Part shown: one piece after another, positions 1 to 14,250 of the stretch
How the letters are laid out: each line of letters starts with the position of its first letter
Position numbering within the stretch: the first letter of the stretch is position 1
NCBI RefSeq assembly: GCF_001194135.2
Contig: NC_068986.1
Location: 97,686,726 to 97,750,725 of the forward strand
DNA from: Octopus bimaculoides
Lineage: Eukaryota
Direction of reading: 5' to 3'
DNA length: 64,000 nt
The notes under the pieces: model-generated
Database searches by the model: none
The model's input: the letters and a program-made list of their open reading frames with translations, nothing else
Told to the model about the DNA's origin: nothing
Translations under genes and position numbers: made by a program

Positions 1-1424
1 TATAAAGAGAGAGAGAGAGAGAGTGAGAGCGATAAATATTTAGAATTATGTAGACATAAACGAATATAGCTGTGTGCGTGGTATTTGTACGTGTGCATGC
101 GCGAGTGAGTGCATGCGTACAAAATAACTTACAAGATTAGCTAAAAAAAGACAGATTTTTTTTTAAATGTACAAAAATATATACAGAAATAGAGATAACA
201 GATATATAGAAATGTATAGAATTACAAAATTATTTAGAGAAAATACATAGAAATATAGAACAATATATACAATCACTTATAGAATTATAAAAATATTGAT
301 AAATGACATATTAAAATGTACTCTAATGTTTTTTTTCATGGACACTCTAACAGGAAATATTTTAGAGCAAGCGTTGAAGCCGGCTAAGAATTCGGTTTCC
401 GCTTTATTCTAAGCGAATTAGAAATGATTTTCAATAAAAAAGAAATCCTGTATCGTTATAGTTTAATTTCAAGTCGATACTGACTTGAGTCCTGAACAGA
501 TGTTTTCAGGCATTATGTAGCTCGGATTGTACTATTAAATACAGACTATTTTTAAGCGGGAGTTCTACTCTACGATTTAGCTGGTGAAGACAAAAATAGT
601 TGATATTATCGTGTTGGCTCGAGATGAAAACAGATTGTTTCACTTTGTATTGTATAAGAGGTATTTTATCTAAAAGATAGCCAAAGGCGTGATTATATTA
701 TAATTTTAAGAACGTTGTAGTTCGCTTGAAGCATTTTAGGACAGAAGTAAAAGAAGAGAAGGAAAAACAAAAGAATACCTTTAGTAATGCAGAAAATTTT
801 AATAAAATAACGAATTCGATGTAAAAGACATTTCTTGGGCTGTTTTCTTCTGAGGATTGTCCTTTGTGCCTGAAATATGAAGCTTTTGTCTTTTTAAATA
901 AAACTTTCTACATTGTTAGAAGGGTTCTCCCTTTTTACCTCTTCTTTTTTTACTATTATAATATTATTTAATATTCTCTCTTTCTTTCTCTCGCTCTCTT
1001 TCTTTCTCCCACTCTCTTTTTGCTTCTGATGTGTGCTTATTTCCTTCTTATTTTCTTTCTTTCTCTCTCTCTCTTCCCTCTCTCTCGAGTTTGGCTTTCG
1101 TTCTCTCTCGATTTGACATGCCCACATGTTTCAGAGGCCCTGGTTCTGCATGCCGAACCGGAATACTCATGATATTTCGTGAGTAACATACAGCAGTGGG
1201 TTCCCGTTGATTTCTATCGGCTTATTTACTCTGCTAATCTCGACTTCTCCAGAGCTTACTCTTTAGGAACAATGCCTACTTCATGCTTTAACAAATGGCT
1301 GGTTCATGTCTGATTAAGACATGTCCACACGCTGGTCGGCCTGTATGGAACATACACAAGCACCGGCTCTTCTCTGTTCCTTGTCTGTCTTAGCCACATG
1401 GCGATCTCGCGTTAATCGCTAAAA

Positions 1425-1570
1425 ACTGGGGCCCTGACAATTACTACCACTCCAGGAGATAGTTGATCTGATACTAGTGGTGACTAAGATTTAACTCTAT
1501 ACTCTCCAAAAATCTAGAACTTCCGAGCTGAAGCCTTACCATCGGATGTTGGTAGTTGTCTTGCCCAGTG
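1425..1570. mobile_element. Degenerate interspersed repeat (SINE-like) fragment
   Basis: The motif string GGGGCCCTGACAATTACTACCACTCCAGG...GGTGACTAAG...AAGCCTTACCATCGGATG resembles, from memory, a common octopus repeat. There is no second copy in the window to confirm it. Confidence 0.35.
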
Positions 1571-2106
1571 TTTATATTAACGGAGCCGTGAATTGGTAGG
1601 AGTAAAACGCAAGTCACTCAAACTGGCGTTTGTTGAAATTGAAATTGTTATACAGTCTTTCGTCATGCCTGAGAGAGTATTCGACACATCCCAATAACAT
1701 TTTATGTTTATCATCCACTATCTTGAGCAGTATTTCATTCCTTAATTTGATTTAAGGGAATTTTAGTTGCATAAGTGCTTGCATGTTGACTCGAGTTTCA
1801 TTTGATTTGATGTAGGTACATTTAATAACGTTTTTAATTTCGAAACATGCCAAGTATAGCCTGTTTTTTTTTTAAAATCGATAAAAGATCTAAGTCAAAT
1901 TCTTTGACCGATAAGATCGAATAGTCAGTCTTCGTAAAGTTATTGCTTTGTTACATGCTTACACTCTAAAACGATTGCTAAATCTATGCCGTAGTCTTGT
2001 AACACTCACAGATCAAAGAATTCCAGCCATTTCTTTAACTACAACCATAAATTAAACATACTTGTTTTCTTTGAAGCATGCTGCAGACATTTCAATACTA
2101 TATACA

Positions 2107-2143
<37 letters not shown>

Positions 2144-3211
2144 TAAATTTAGCTGTTTCACACTGTGGACTAAGGCATTACATTTAAAAGTTTTGAAGTT
2201 GAAAATAGCAACGTTAATACATATTTCAGTCTGGTAAATATTTTACGGTAAGGGTATTTGGGAGGTAAAATGAGACAATATATGTAACAACATTGTACTT
2301 TTTAGAATGCTATAATTTCAATAGACTCCCTCTCTTTCTACACACAACACATTTTATAGTTAAAGATTCAGCTAGAAACGAGAGAAATCACACCTAAAAC
2401 AAAATACACAGTCTATAAACTGAAGAGCATATTAAAATACTTAATTTCAAGTGACTTCTAAACGTCTAATACAGCGATGAATTCCTAGGGATTGTAACAA
2501 TAGTGGTCCTATAAGAATCGGTTTGGCTCACCCGTTTCTGTTTTATAATGTTATTGTCACCATTCCATGTTTACTTCAGGTACACGCTTTGGAATGAAAC
2601 ATTTATCATTTACTCATCGGATTATTTCATTGCATTTGCAGGCGGAATACGTTCAGAATGTGTGTAAGAAAATGTCTCTAGCATCGTAACTTTTTTTTGC
2701 ATTTATTCAATAGAATATTTAATTTCAATAGGAATCAATACCTATTGTAATATTAAGAACGCAAGAATCAAGTCATTGTTATATTAAGAATGCAAGCATC
2801 AAGTCTGATTATTCTGTGACAATCCAGGTTTACTTTCTTTTCACAAACGAGCGGTGGTTTGCCATTATGTTCCTCAAAATTTCAAATTGTTTCCCACGGG
2901 ATTATTTGAATTCTCAGTCTAGTGGACAAACTTCCGCACAGTTTCCATTGACTAAATTTCATTCAAAATGCCTCGATCGAACCTAGGCTCTGGAGGTAGA
3001 GACCTTCTCAATTTTATTTGTAGTTAGATCGAATATTGAAAAAATTTCTGTTTCCTTTTTGTTAACTACACATGTATGTATACTCCCTGCAAATACAGGA
3101 TTTACTATTACAAATACTCATTGTCTAACAAATTCCTATTCTCTATAGTGTTATATATTGGCTTGGTTTAATCATACGATAAATATTCTTTTACTTTGTA
3201 TTTTATTTCAG

Positions 3212-3303
3212 CTATATTTACAGATGAAGGAAAGTTGTGTCAATTGTGTTCAAGCAGAGAAATTTTCAATACGATGATTAAAATAGTCTTGAAGCAAATA
3301 AAG
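3212..3303 (+). CDS. Candidate internal coding exon of unknown protein
   Basis: Pyrimidine-rich acceptor TTTTACTTTGTATTTTATTTCAG, 92 nt open in one frame (IFTDEGKLCQLCSSREIFNTMIKIVLKQIK), donor AAG|GTTTGC. No recognisable homology. Confidence 0.25.
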
Positions 3304-5097
3304 GTTTGCACGAACGAGAACTTTTAATTTGTTAAAAAGCTTTAAATATTTTCATTAACAAACGATAAATACTTTTATTCTAAATTTAATATTTAACCAG
3401 AACCATTATTAATTTTATATTTTCTTTCTTTATTCCCTTTTTCTTTTTATTGAGAATAATTTCTCGATATTGTAAACGAAAGCAGAAAAGTGTAGATAAG
3501 TTCTGACGCAACTTGAATTAGTTTACAATGTAATATATTTATAACATGTAGTTGCGAGCAATGGCGGTGTTTGCTTTAGGTTTCCAACGAACCAATATAT
3601 GGTTCACTGCATGGACAATCGCGAGTTCACTACTTAAGTTACGTTCCGCAGAGTATCAATATATTCAGCCTTTTATTCATTTAATGCAGTGCAGCATTCC
3701 GAAGATTTGTTACGTAGTAAAAATTATCAAAGAAATATTAGTGTCTAACATATATGTGTGCGTATGTTGATAGCGATATTATATGTATATATATNNNNNN
3801 NNNNNNNNNNNNNNNNNNNNNNNNNNNNNNNNNNNNNNNNNNNNNNNNNNNNNNNNNNNNNNNNNNNNNNNNNNNNNNNNNNNNNNNNNNNNNNNNNNNN
3901 NNNNNNNNNNNNNNNNNNNNNNNNNNNNNNNNNNNNNNNNNNNNNNNNNNNNNNNNNNNNNNNNNNNNNNNNNNNNNNNNNNNNNNNNNNNNNNNNNNNN
4001 NNNNNNNNNNNNNNNNNNNNNNNNNNNNNNNNNNNNNNNNNNNNNNNNNNNATATATATATATATATATATAACGAGATAGAGAGAGGTACATTCGAGTT
4101 AGAGATGAAGAGAGCAATATTTATATTACATTCTACAAACACATGTGTAATTGTTTGTATTTTGAGCATGCGATGGCCAAATAGTTAGCACAACACAAAC
4201 GATGTGTAATGAAGTTTGAACGACACGATCGAGTAAAAATCAATTAAATAAAAATACTAAAAGGAGAAAGAAAACAGAAGCGTAGGTAAACAGCTACGGA
4301 CTCTTTGCTATGTGTGTTTCAAATGTAAGATAAGATAACCGTGACGAATGTATTCAAAGAGAAAGACATTTCTGCTTTTTCTGCTTAGCTATTCAACAAG
4401 ATTGAAATATAACTCTAACAATAACTTTGAAAATAGGGATGGATTGGCGAAACTGTAGAGCAACAAATAAAAAGGTCTTGTGCTATTTAATTACGGTCCT
4501 TTACGTTCTCAATTCTGATACTGCAGAAGTTTATTTATCTTTCATCGTTGACAGACTCGAAAATATGAAGTAACAGTCATTTATTAATTTCAGTATAAGT
4601 GAATAAATAACCCAACCCCCAAAGTATTTTGCCATGTGTTAACAGTGGAAACTAATAAAAGTTAGTTAGATTATTGCCTTATATTCAACAGACAAAATGT
4701 TTTGTTTTTAGTTTGTCCTCTTACATACTAAGCTCAAAACCCGCAGACATTATTCCAAGTTCCGTAAAAAGATTATTTGACGATTACTGGTGCTTATATC
4801 ACAATGTACAATACCGCCATGTGACATTGTAATCTGTGTTACCAATCAATATTTCGTTTGCCAATTCGAAGAAGTGACAGAGCAACAGGCAACATACATT
4901 TAGCCTCCTCTCTTTTCGGAATTTGAGTTTGAATAAAACAGCAGTCGAATAGTGGGATTAATGTAACTGCTTACATCACCAATACAACTATTTGCTAACC
5001 ATGTCCATAATAATGAATATTTTATGAAATAAAAATCATTATATATATATATATATATTTGCTTCTTTATTTGTAAGAACTTTGACCGACTATCAAT

Positions 5098-5111
5098 AAC
5101 TGCTGCTGCTG

Positions 5112-5165
<54 letters not shown>

Positions 5166-5166
5166 A

Positions 5167-5229
<63 letters not shown>
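5098..5229. repeat. Compound trinucleotide microsatellite (GCT)n(ACT)n(AAT)n
   Basis: Read directly. The (AAT)n part abuts the 3' tail of the SINE at 5229. Confidence 0.97.
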
Positions 5230-5370
5230 TCTTTCTACTATAGGCATGTGGCCTGAAATTTTGGCTCTGGAGTTAAGTCGATTACATCGATTCCAGTATT
5301 CAGTTAGCACTTAAATTATGGGCGCCGAAGGATGAAATGAAAAATCGACCACGGTGAAATTTGAATTCAA
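5229..5370 (-). mobile_element. tRNA-derived SINE family A, 5'-truncated degenerate copy
   Basis: Matches tail and core (TTCTAC..AGGC..GGCCTGAAATTTT..GTCGATTACATCGA..GGATGAAA..TCGACC..GAAATTTGAA) of the copies at 29810 and 44725. Confidence 0.8.
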
Positions 5371-5809
5371 ACATGGGCTGCAACTGATATTCTGCTCAAT
5401 GCCACAGATTTGCATGTTAGTTTGTTGACCTGAACCAGTTGAACATGTCCCTTGGTGGCTGACGATACGTGCATCTCTAATCACGAGCAGATGTATTGGA
5501 GGATAATCATAGCTATGTATTGAGAGGAATTGGGGTGGGGGTTGAGTAATTCAGCTTTGGAAACATAGGTATTTCATTCAACATTCTTAAACGGCCATTG
5601 GTCAGGGACATTTTGAGTGGGATGGGCTACTAGACCTGGAAGGTCATGCGCTGTTTATCGTGATATGAGACGCCATCTCACGCACATATGGTTGTGATGC
5701 ATGTGCCTGGCGTACCCTTATCAGACGGATAGTCGTGATGGGTGTCTTGGGCTTTGTACATCTTACCCCAGTGTCATTTTGATGGCATCCACTGCTCAGT
5801 CACTCACTC

Positions 5810-5860
<51 letters not shown>
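5371..5860 (+). mobile_element. 3' end of a non-LTR retroelement with (AAT)n tail
   Basis: About 440 bp of higher-GC sequence ending CACTCACTC followed by (AAT)n at 5810-5860. It truncates the head of the adjacent SINE and resembles a remembered common octopus repeat. Confidence 0.5.
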
Positions 5861-5861
<1 letters not shown>

Positions 5862-8534
5862 TATCCACCCTAATACCTAATGTATAAGTATCTGTTTATA
5901 TGTGCATATGTCTGTGTGTGTGTGTGTGTGTGTTTGTACCATTTATCTATACATTTCTACCCTTAGTTTGAATTTGATTCTACCATTTTCATTATTTATT
6001 GAAATGGAATCATCGTTTTTGTTGTCCTCGTCTTGTTATCTTTTCATTTCAATAACTTTTTCCCCTGTATTAATTTATTTCCCCTTCGTTTGTCATAATT
6101 GCATCTTTTCGTTATTGTACTTCCTTCTCTCAATCATTTTTACCCCCGTTCATGCTCTTCCATCCTCTCCCTATCTTGTACCTTCTCTATTTCTCGATTT
6201 AAGCTGCAACATATTTTTAAATGTTTATACCTTTTGTTAACAATTATATAATTTATCTGAAAACTTCTTTTGTACAGAAAAGTGTAACAAACCCCCTTTA
6301 ACCATCTAAAAAAAAAAAAAAAAGCTCCCTTTACTCAGTGATTTGATCGATAAAAGGCTCGCACATCGGTTTTTGGTGTTTTCACTTATAATGTATCTTC
6401 AGCCACGTCGAATGCCTGTTAATTAACCTTTCGAAAATACGAAAATCTCTTAACAGGAAATAGTCCAGTAACATGATTCTGCTGTTTTGTGACTAAATTT
6501 ATAATACTCCCTAAGTAATATAACTAATAATCTTTTATCTCATATTCAATTGCTCGTTTGGAGAACCACATACATGCACGCAAATGTATGTATGGATTAG
6601 ACTTACATGACACTGAGAAAGTGTACTGGTTCGACCTGCTTAACGTGATAACTGAATTCGCTCGTATCTCAGCTGTACCTTTAAGAATAAATACCAAAGC
6701 ATTAAATATTGTAGTATCGAATAGAGATTTCCTGAATCAAAGATCGAATGTAAATAGCTGAAATATATTAGCCAGCAATTTGTTCAATTGAGCCAAGAGT
6801 TGGATAAAAGAAAACAATCTTCAACTTAAATTCTTTATCATTCAAAATTAAGTTGTTTCTTACAGATGAGTTCGAATCTAGGTAGCCGTATGTGTTACTT
6901 TTTTTTTAATCCAGGGTATCTAGGAGAATATTAAAACGTTTTGACGCAGAGTCTGGAACGAGAGAGATTAATTAGCAACTTTAGCAACTCCGCTTATAGG
7001 CTTTCTTCTAACTAAAGATTCCAAACATAATTATTTTTCAATTCATTTTATAAACTAAGCGCATTTCTGAAAGCCCTTTAGGTGATCTTACATTGTGAAA
7101 TGTGTCATATATTTTAAAACAATGTTACATCCAATTTTGTTCCCCCATTGTTTTTCAATATTTACAATTCTTCAATTAATCTTCATTTTTTCTCATTAAG
7201 ATTATTTTTACTTCTAAGGTTTCCTTGGTCGACACTCTTAATTAATCTCTAGCGTATATATTTAAAAAAGTTCCTCTATTTTCCCTATGGATATGTATCA
7301 AACCTAAGATTTTCAGCATTTACAAATGTTGTGATAACGGAAAATTATATTTCTCTCGGCAGTGTATTCAATTCGAAATTGTTATTTGTCGTTAAAGTAG
7401 CATATAGTTATTAAATTTAGATCAGGTGAAAGGTTTCAGAATAACTTTAATTATGTTGCTCCAAAGGCCAAGCATTTCAGTAGAACAAAGACTGCTGTGT
7501 TCCAAAAAGGCAAGGTGAAGAATTGTAGAGGAAAGGATTCTAGAATTTGAGATTTCTAATGAATTATCCGGTCTTTAGAACAACAGAATTAAGTATTCGT
7601 CAAACTTTATTCACATTAACATTTCACCCCTCAATTTACTTGCTTGGAATAACTACACGTATCTTTAAATAACTGTTGCCTAATATTTACCTTAGCACAC
7701 CAGTGGTACAAATATATATTATCAGTAAAAGGGTATTTCTTTCGGTTCTACAGATAGTAAAAGCGAAAGAACATAAAGGTTGTCTTTACTTAAAACTTTC
7801 GCAGACCACATTTAAAAAAATTAGGCTTCAGAAAACATGATTATACCTTCTTTAAATGATATAAAGAAACATTTTATATGACCAAACGGACAAAAAAGAA
7901 ATTTCAGCCTGGGTCAGAATGAAGTATTTCGGTAAATAGGGCGTGCTTCCACACCCTGATTAGCTCATGGTTACTAAATGGAACAAAATGACGTGGGGAA
8001 AATAAAACTGTCTCTGGTCTCTGTTCTACGGAAACAGTGCATGAATTTTAAGAAGGATAGTCGAATATTTCCAGGGGAAACATCCTTCTGTTCATTTTCT
8101 GTATATTCGAGTGAGGCCATAATTCAGCATCGTCTTTAAGTGTTGTAGTCGATGGTATCAATGGCAGTAATTAATAATTTTTTTTTTTCATTGATTATTA
8201 TTTATTAAATAAATAACCTTACTTTTGACAGAAAGAGATGTAGCATGATTTTCAAAATTAGGCGGCATCAGAACTACGTTGGATCACATTTCAACCGACG
8301 AGACCGACGTGAAACAAAGAGATGCATACACACATACATACATACAGACAGACACACACACACACTAACATACATACATACATACATATATAAATACATA
8401 CAGACAGGCAGACAGACAGAGAGACAGAACAACATACATACACGTTCATACATGCATCAATACATACATACGAACAGATAGTCAGGCACACATACATACA
8501 CGTACATGTATGTATACATACATACATACATAGA

Positions 8535-9020
8535 ACCCACAATAAGATAGATGCCACTAATGATAAAAAGGAGTTCTTGTGGAATATCCCAGTGGAAACC
8601 TCAATAATATGTAAACAACAGACCTGACATAATGATTTGGGATAGAGAAGAGAGACTGTGTAGAGTTTTGGAAATCAGCCCCAGCGGATGTTAACATAAA
8701 GCTAAAGATCCTACGCTGAACTATTGAGAAATCTGCAGTTATTCTATACAGATTATAAGTTCAGGTTTATACCTGTAATTATTGGGGTGATAGTATATGT
8801 AACACACTACCTAAATACTAATCTTGAGAAATTAGGCTTCCCAAAACCAGAAAGGAGGAAGTTGATTCGAAGACAACAGATCCAATCTATTACTAGAACT
8901 GTAAAACTCTGTAAGACTTTCCAGAAGTTTATCATTTAAGTATATACGAGCACGTCTAGATACGCAAGTATATGCCTAAGAAGACAGACATAAAACAAAA
9001 CATGCAAATCTGCACGTATA
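8535..9020 (+). mobile_element. R4/Dong-type LINE 3' fragment (restriction-like endonuclease domain), frameshifted
   Basis: Translates across frames as EFLWNIPVETSIIC..RPDIMIWDREERLCRVLEIS..ADVNIKLK..LRNLQLFYTDYKFRFIPVIIG...TVKLCKTFQKFII*, i.e. the RPD motif of an RLE domain. (TACA)n lies on both sides. Confidence 0.85.
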
Positions 9021-9816
9021 CATACATACGTAAATACATACATACATGCATGCATGCATACACACAAATATCGTATAACTGATGTTGAAATTCTAATATA
9101 TATATATATANNNNNNNNNNNNNNNNNNNNNNNNNNNNNNNNNNNNNNNNNNNNNNNNNNNNNNNNNNNNNNNNNNNNNNNNNNNNNNNNNNNNNNNNNN
9201 NNNNNNNNNNNNNNNNNNNNNNNNNNNNNNNNNNNNNNNNNNNNNNNNNNNNNNNNNNNNNNNNNNNNNNNNNNNNNNNNNNNNNNNNNNNNNNNNNNNN
9301 NNNNNNNNNNNNNNNNNNNNNNNNNNNNNNNNNNNNNNNNNNNNNNNNNNNNNNNNNNNNNNNNNNNNNNNNNNNNNNNNNNNNNNNNNNNNNNNNNNNN
9401 NNNNNNNNNNNNNNNNNNNNNNNNNNNNNNNNNNNNNNNNNNNNNNNNNNNNNNNNNNNNNNNNNNNNNNNNNNNNNNNNNNNNNNNNNNNNNNNNNNNN
9501 NNNNNNNNNNNNNNNNNNNNNNNNNNNNNNNNNNNNNNNNNNNNNNNNNNNNNNNNNNNNNNNNNNNNNNNNNNNNNNNNNNNNNNNNNNNNNNNNNNNN
9601 NNNNNNNNNNNNNNNNNNNNNNNNNNNNNNNNNNNNNNNNNNNNNNNNNNNNNNNNNNNNNNNNNNNNNNNNNNNNNNNNNNNNNNNNNNNNNNNNNNNN
9701 NNNNNNNNNNNNNNNNNNNNNNNNNNNNNNNNNNNNNNNNNNNNNNNNNNNNNNNNNNNNNNNNNNNNNNNNNNNNNNNNNNNNNNNNNNNNNNNNNNNN
9801 NNNNNNNNNNNNNNNN

Positions 9817-10133
9817 CAGGTGTCTTCTACTATAGCCTCGGGCCGACCAAAGCCTTGTGAGTGGATTTGGTAGACGGAAACTGAAAGAAGACCGTCGTAT
9901 ATATGTCTATATATGTTTGTGTGTCTGTGTTTGTCCCCACCAACATCGCTTGACAACCGATGCTGGTGTGTTTACGTCCCCGTAACTTAGCGGTTCGGCA
10001 AAAGAGACCGATAGAATAAGTACTAGGCTTACAAAGAATGAGTCCTGGGGTCGATTTGCTCGACTAAAGGCGGTGCTCCAGCATGGCCGCAGTCAAATGA
10101 CTGAAACAAGTAAAAGCGTAAAAGAGTAAAAGA
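9817..10133 (+). mobile_element. SINE family C (5' end lost in gap), with (TAAAAGAG)n tail
   Basis: GC-richer body ...GTCTTCTACTATAGCCTCGGGCCGACCAAAGCC...GGGGTCGATTTGCTCGACTAAAGGCGGTGCTCCAGCATGGCCGCAGTC...GAAACAAGTAAAAG. Degenerate relatives occur at 46085 and 47105. Confidence 0.8.
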
Positions 10134-10393
10134 GAAAGGGAGAGAGAGAGAGAAAGAAAGAGAGAGAGAGAGAAAAGTAGAGGATAGTGTGTATCTTTGA
10201 TTTGCTCTCCTTCATTTCCGACATATTTCGTCAACAGAAGGGCAATTTCAACCATTCATGAAGTGGGTGCATTCAACAATGATACTGACGCATCCATTCT
10301 ACACTATACAATGCACGCACACATGCATGTACACACATGTACGCACACACATGCGCATATATATGCATGTATATACGCGCATGTTTATGTATG

Positions 10394-10454
<61 letters not shown>

Positions 10455-10677
10455 GTATATATGTATACGTATATATATACATACATATGCGTGTATGCAT
10501 ATGTTTATTTTCACATATATATATAGACATATATATGTGTGTGTGCATGTATATATTTCCATATATAGAAATAGGTACACGTGTACACCTGCATGGATAT
10601 ATGCATAAATATACATGTACGTATGCATGTATTACAACATTTATATAAACAAAAATGCACATATATACATGCATGCA

Positions 10678-10711
<34 letters not shown>

Positions 10712-11826
10712 ATACAAATAATATCTGAGTATATGCATATATACGTACATGTATGTACATACCTACATCTACATGTATATATAGATGCATATCTGGATAA
10801 AGCACGTTGCAAAAAAGTGGACAAAATGATAAAAACAGAGGGGGAGAAAGAGAGAAATGCTTTCTGATGTAAATAGATAACTGCATATACTACCTATCCT
10901 TTCATTTCTACCAAATACTTTCTAATAAAATATCATATTTGTATTTACATTTAGTAATCACTTACTTCAACATATGTTTGTTTCATGAGAACAAAACATG
11001 TAAAAAAAAAATACCAATCACCATCATAAAAGGTATAACAAAATAATCTCAGTTAATTTTCAGCTCAAAATTTTTTTAAAATCATCTTTGCTTTTTCTTT
11101 ACCGTAAATTCAGAAGTGCTTTTGAAAGCGAAAGCATTTAAGAGAGATATTTTTATAATAGTTGCTATCCTTGAAAACGGTAAATTCTTAATGAGAAATT
11201 CTTGCGGCAAACCTCTTTTGGACCATATTTACAACTATTCAAATTTCCTTATAACTGTAAATATTGAATGCCACGTGAATAAATTGAAACGGGGTGAAAG
11301 GTATAATTTTGCAGAAATGTAAATATGAGACTCTTGTGTCATTAGTTTCAATTCAAATTAGTAAATAATAGCCATGTTTGCTCACTTAATTATGAATTTT
11401 ATTAAGATATTTGGTAGATTCTATTCGATAATTACTATCATCACTCTGGATATTTAAAGTATTCAGCCAGCAGCTTGCTGTACGCAGTTTTACCTGCATT
11501 TCTTAATAGCTTCATTTGAAAAAAAAAAAATGAATGGAGAAATAGCCCGCGTATCGAACTGAAAATCAACTACTTTGACGTGTGCTTTCACCTCTGCTTG
11601 ACCAGGAACAAAAACCTAAACGCATCTAACTTCTACCAATTCTAGTCTAGTAATTTAATAAAATAATTTTTTATAGTAGTATTCCGTAGAATAAACACGA
11701 ATCAGTCTAGTTACTATATATATANNNNNNNNNNNNNNNNNNNNNNNNNNNNNNNNNNNNNNNNNNNNNNNNNNNNNNNNNNNNNNNNNNNNNNNNNNNN
11801 NNNNNNNNNNNNNNNNNNNNNNNNNN

Positions 11827-12230
11827 AGTATGGGAGAAGAACAGGAAATGGATTTGAAGAAGGAGCTTACAGATTTATTTGAAAAAGGCAAGCAGCTCCT
11901 GACGAACGAGGATTTGATAGAGCTTCTCGAGCAGCAAAATAAAGAAGATGAAGTCGAACCTGAGCCGCGTCACTTTACCATTAAGAAAATGCGGCAAGCA
12001 TATGCATATATCGAAAAAGGTCTTTCTATGTTGGAGGATGTGGATCCATATGCTCAACGCTTTTCCAAGATTATAGGGTATTGTCACGAAGCTTTTATTC
12101 CCTATAATGTAAACCTTGAGGATAGCCATTCAATTCAAGGAACTTTCAACCGGTTTTTTTAAGTGTATCGAATAACAAGAACAGCCAGATTCAGCTGTTA
12201 ATGTTGATAATCCACAGCTATCTACATCCG
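11827..12230 (+). mobile_element. Tigger/pogo (TIGD1/Tigger1-like) transposase C-terminal fragment
   Basis: ORF 11830-12162 LTNEDLIELLEQQ..EPEPRHFTIKKMRQAYAYIEKGLSMLEDVDPYAQRFSKI...QGTFNRFF parallels the remembered Tigger1 C-terminus (LTNEELMELE..PKRFT..DPNVERYTKV..QTSLDRFF). Upstream part is in the gap. Confidence 0.75.
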
Positions 12231-12344
12231 CGATGTAAACTTCCAAATTGTACGTACACATTTGTGTGTGCTCCTCCTCCGCTTAGACCATTCTGTTTTT
12301 CTATGGAGTCATATATATATTTATATACATATATAACAATATTA

Positions 12345-13934
12345 GGGATAAAAATCATATAAAAGTAAACGAAGCGAATACCAAATTACAACTAGGTACT
12401 GGCAGTGACTTCTCGGTTATTAATACCGACACGTGGATAAGATTTAGGAAACCTACCTTAATAAAAACATCAAAAATTGCACGTGGCCTGACAAGTAAAA
12501 ATCTACACTTCGTAGGTGAAATGTGGAGTGATGTCAGATTTCGGGGAAAAAACTTATAGAGTAAAAGATTTCATGCTAAAAGATGCAACCAATCATTTCG
12601 GTATGGATTAGTTGTAGTTGTTTTAGCCATGCGAGTGGTTTATCCAGGTTAATTACGAAGAATGCAGAACCGGTGGCAGATATGGTGATAGCAGCGTTAC
12701 AATCAGAAAAGGAAATTAAAAACGTTATGTGTAATATCATTCAGCATTTGGCAGTGGCTGTACAGGATATAGAAAGTAAATCAGTGGAGGACAAATACAC
12801 CATAAAATTGCAGGAAACCTTGAAAAATAAACAAAAGAGAAACACGAATTCGAACAATTTTTCACTCTACGACGGAGTATTAATGTACGCACCAAGAGTG
12901 GTATTACCAACTGCACTACAGAAACGATATTACATGAATTTCATAGAGGACACGCGGGTATGTCAAGAATGAAAGCCTTGATGAGGAGTTCCGTGTATTG
13001 ACCGACAATGGATCGGAGAGCATTGAAAATTTGGTAAATCATGTAGAGGTTGTCCACTAGCAGTCAAGGCATCACCGGTGAAATACCAAACGTGGCCTGA
13101 GATGGATAGTCCGTGGTCCAGGGCTCATATAGCCTACACTGGATCATTGAATGGTGCGTACTACATGTTCCTTGTTGATAGCTTTACCAACTGGCCAGAA
13201 GTATGCAAGTGCAGTGAACCTACCTCGAAGGCAACAATAACATTTTTGCACGGAATTTTTGCTCGATACGGTGTTCCGGACACCGCAGTATTGGAAGATT
13301 GAACACAATTTACAAGATACGACCTGAAGAAATTCTGAAAAATGCATGCAATCAAGCACAGTTTTACCCTGCCCTATCACCCAAGGTCAAATGAGCAAGT
13401 AGAACGTAGATACTTTCAAGCGAGCTTTAAAAGAAGCAAGGAACGAGTTAGGAAATGACGAAGCGCTAACTAGTTTCTTAAATGTATACAGAATAACGCC
13501 CAATCCGAATTTCCGATAAGGCAAGTCACCTGCAAAGATAATGTTCGCTCAAAAGAGTAAATAAATCTCCGACAACTCCGAAAAGTAAAACACGTATAGA
13601 GAAAATACAAAAATTTCAACTAAACATCTTGATGTCGGTAAAGAGAGTTGGCAGGATATTGTAATGAATAAAAGAATTCGAAACATGATGTATTTGATAA
13701 AAGGCCAACGATTGGAGCATAAACGACACTTAAATCAATTAAAACCTGACTTGCAGAAGAAAGGAAGGAAATTCTATTTGAAATGTTTTATGACATGTTA
13801 AATATTCATCAAAAGAGATTGAGCCTAAAAGGATCAGTAACAGAAAACGCAAACAGACTGAACATTTAGAAATAATTCCTAAGCGGAAAAGGTACTGCTC
13901 TCCCCAGGGAAGCAACATTTCAAAAAGGAAGAGG
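12345..13934 (+). mobile_element. Ty3/Gypsy (K02A2.6-like) pol remnant: protease, then integrase; RT/RNase H absent
   Basis: Protease KVNEANTKLQLGTGSDFSVI (DTG mutated to GTG at 12395). End-of-RNase H motif HASGLSRL. Integrase HRGHAGMSRMKALMR zinc finger and PWSRAHI..LVDSF..FARYGVPDT..PYHPRSN core, with stops and frameshifts. Confidence 0.93.
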
Positions 13935-14250
13935 TGTTGGAAAGAAAGAAAGAAAAAAAAAATATTTATTTCGTTTCCAACGGAAATCCAAGTCCCGACA
14001 CCCCCTGCAAAAACAGACTTGCCCGAACGACTATAAATAGTAGCGGCTTGAGTGAGACAGAGAGTAGGCGTTAATCGCAGGAAGTTGTACGGTGTCATTT
14101 TGGTATTTTGTAGGATTATGGTTCGTGTATAGTTCGTGGAGAGTTTGTTGGATTGTTACGTTGTTGTTACTCTTCTTCGTAATGTGTTTATTGTTACTAC
14201 ACAGTTATAGTGTAAAAAAACGTATCTTTATAACTAGTGGCGATACTACA
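13935..14250 (+). mobile_element. LTR (316 bp, TG...CA) with upstream PPT and downstream PBS
   Basis: PPT AAAAAGGAAGAGG at 13922-13934, then TGTTGG. TATAAATA at 14032-14039. Ends ACTACA at 14250. TGGCGACGAG at 14256-14265. Confidence 0.75.
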
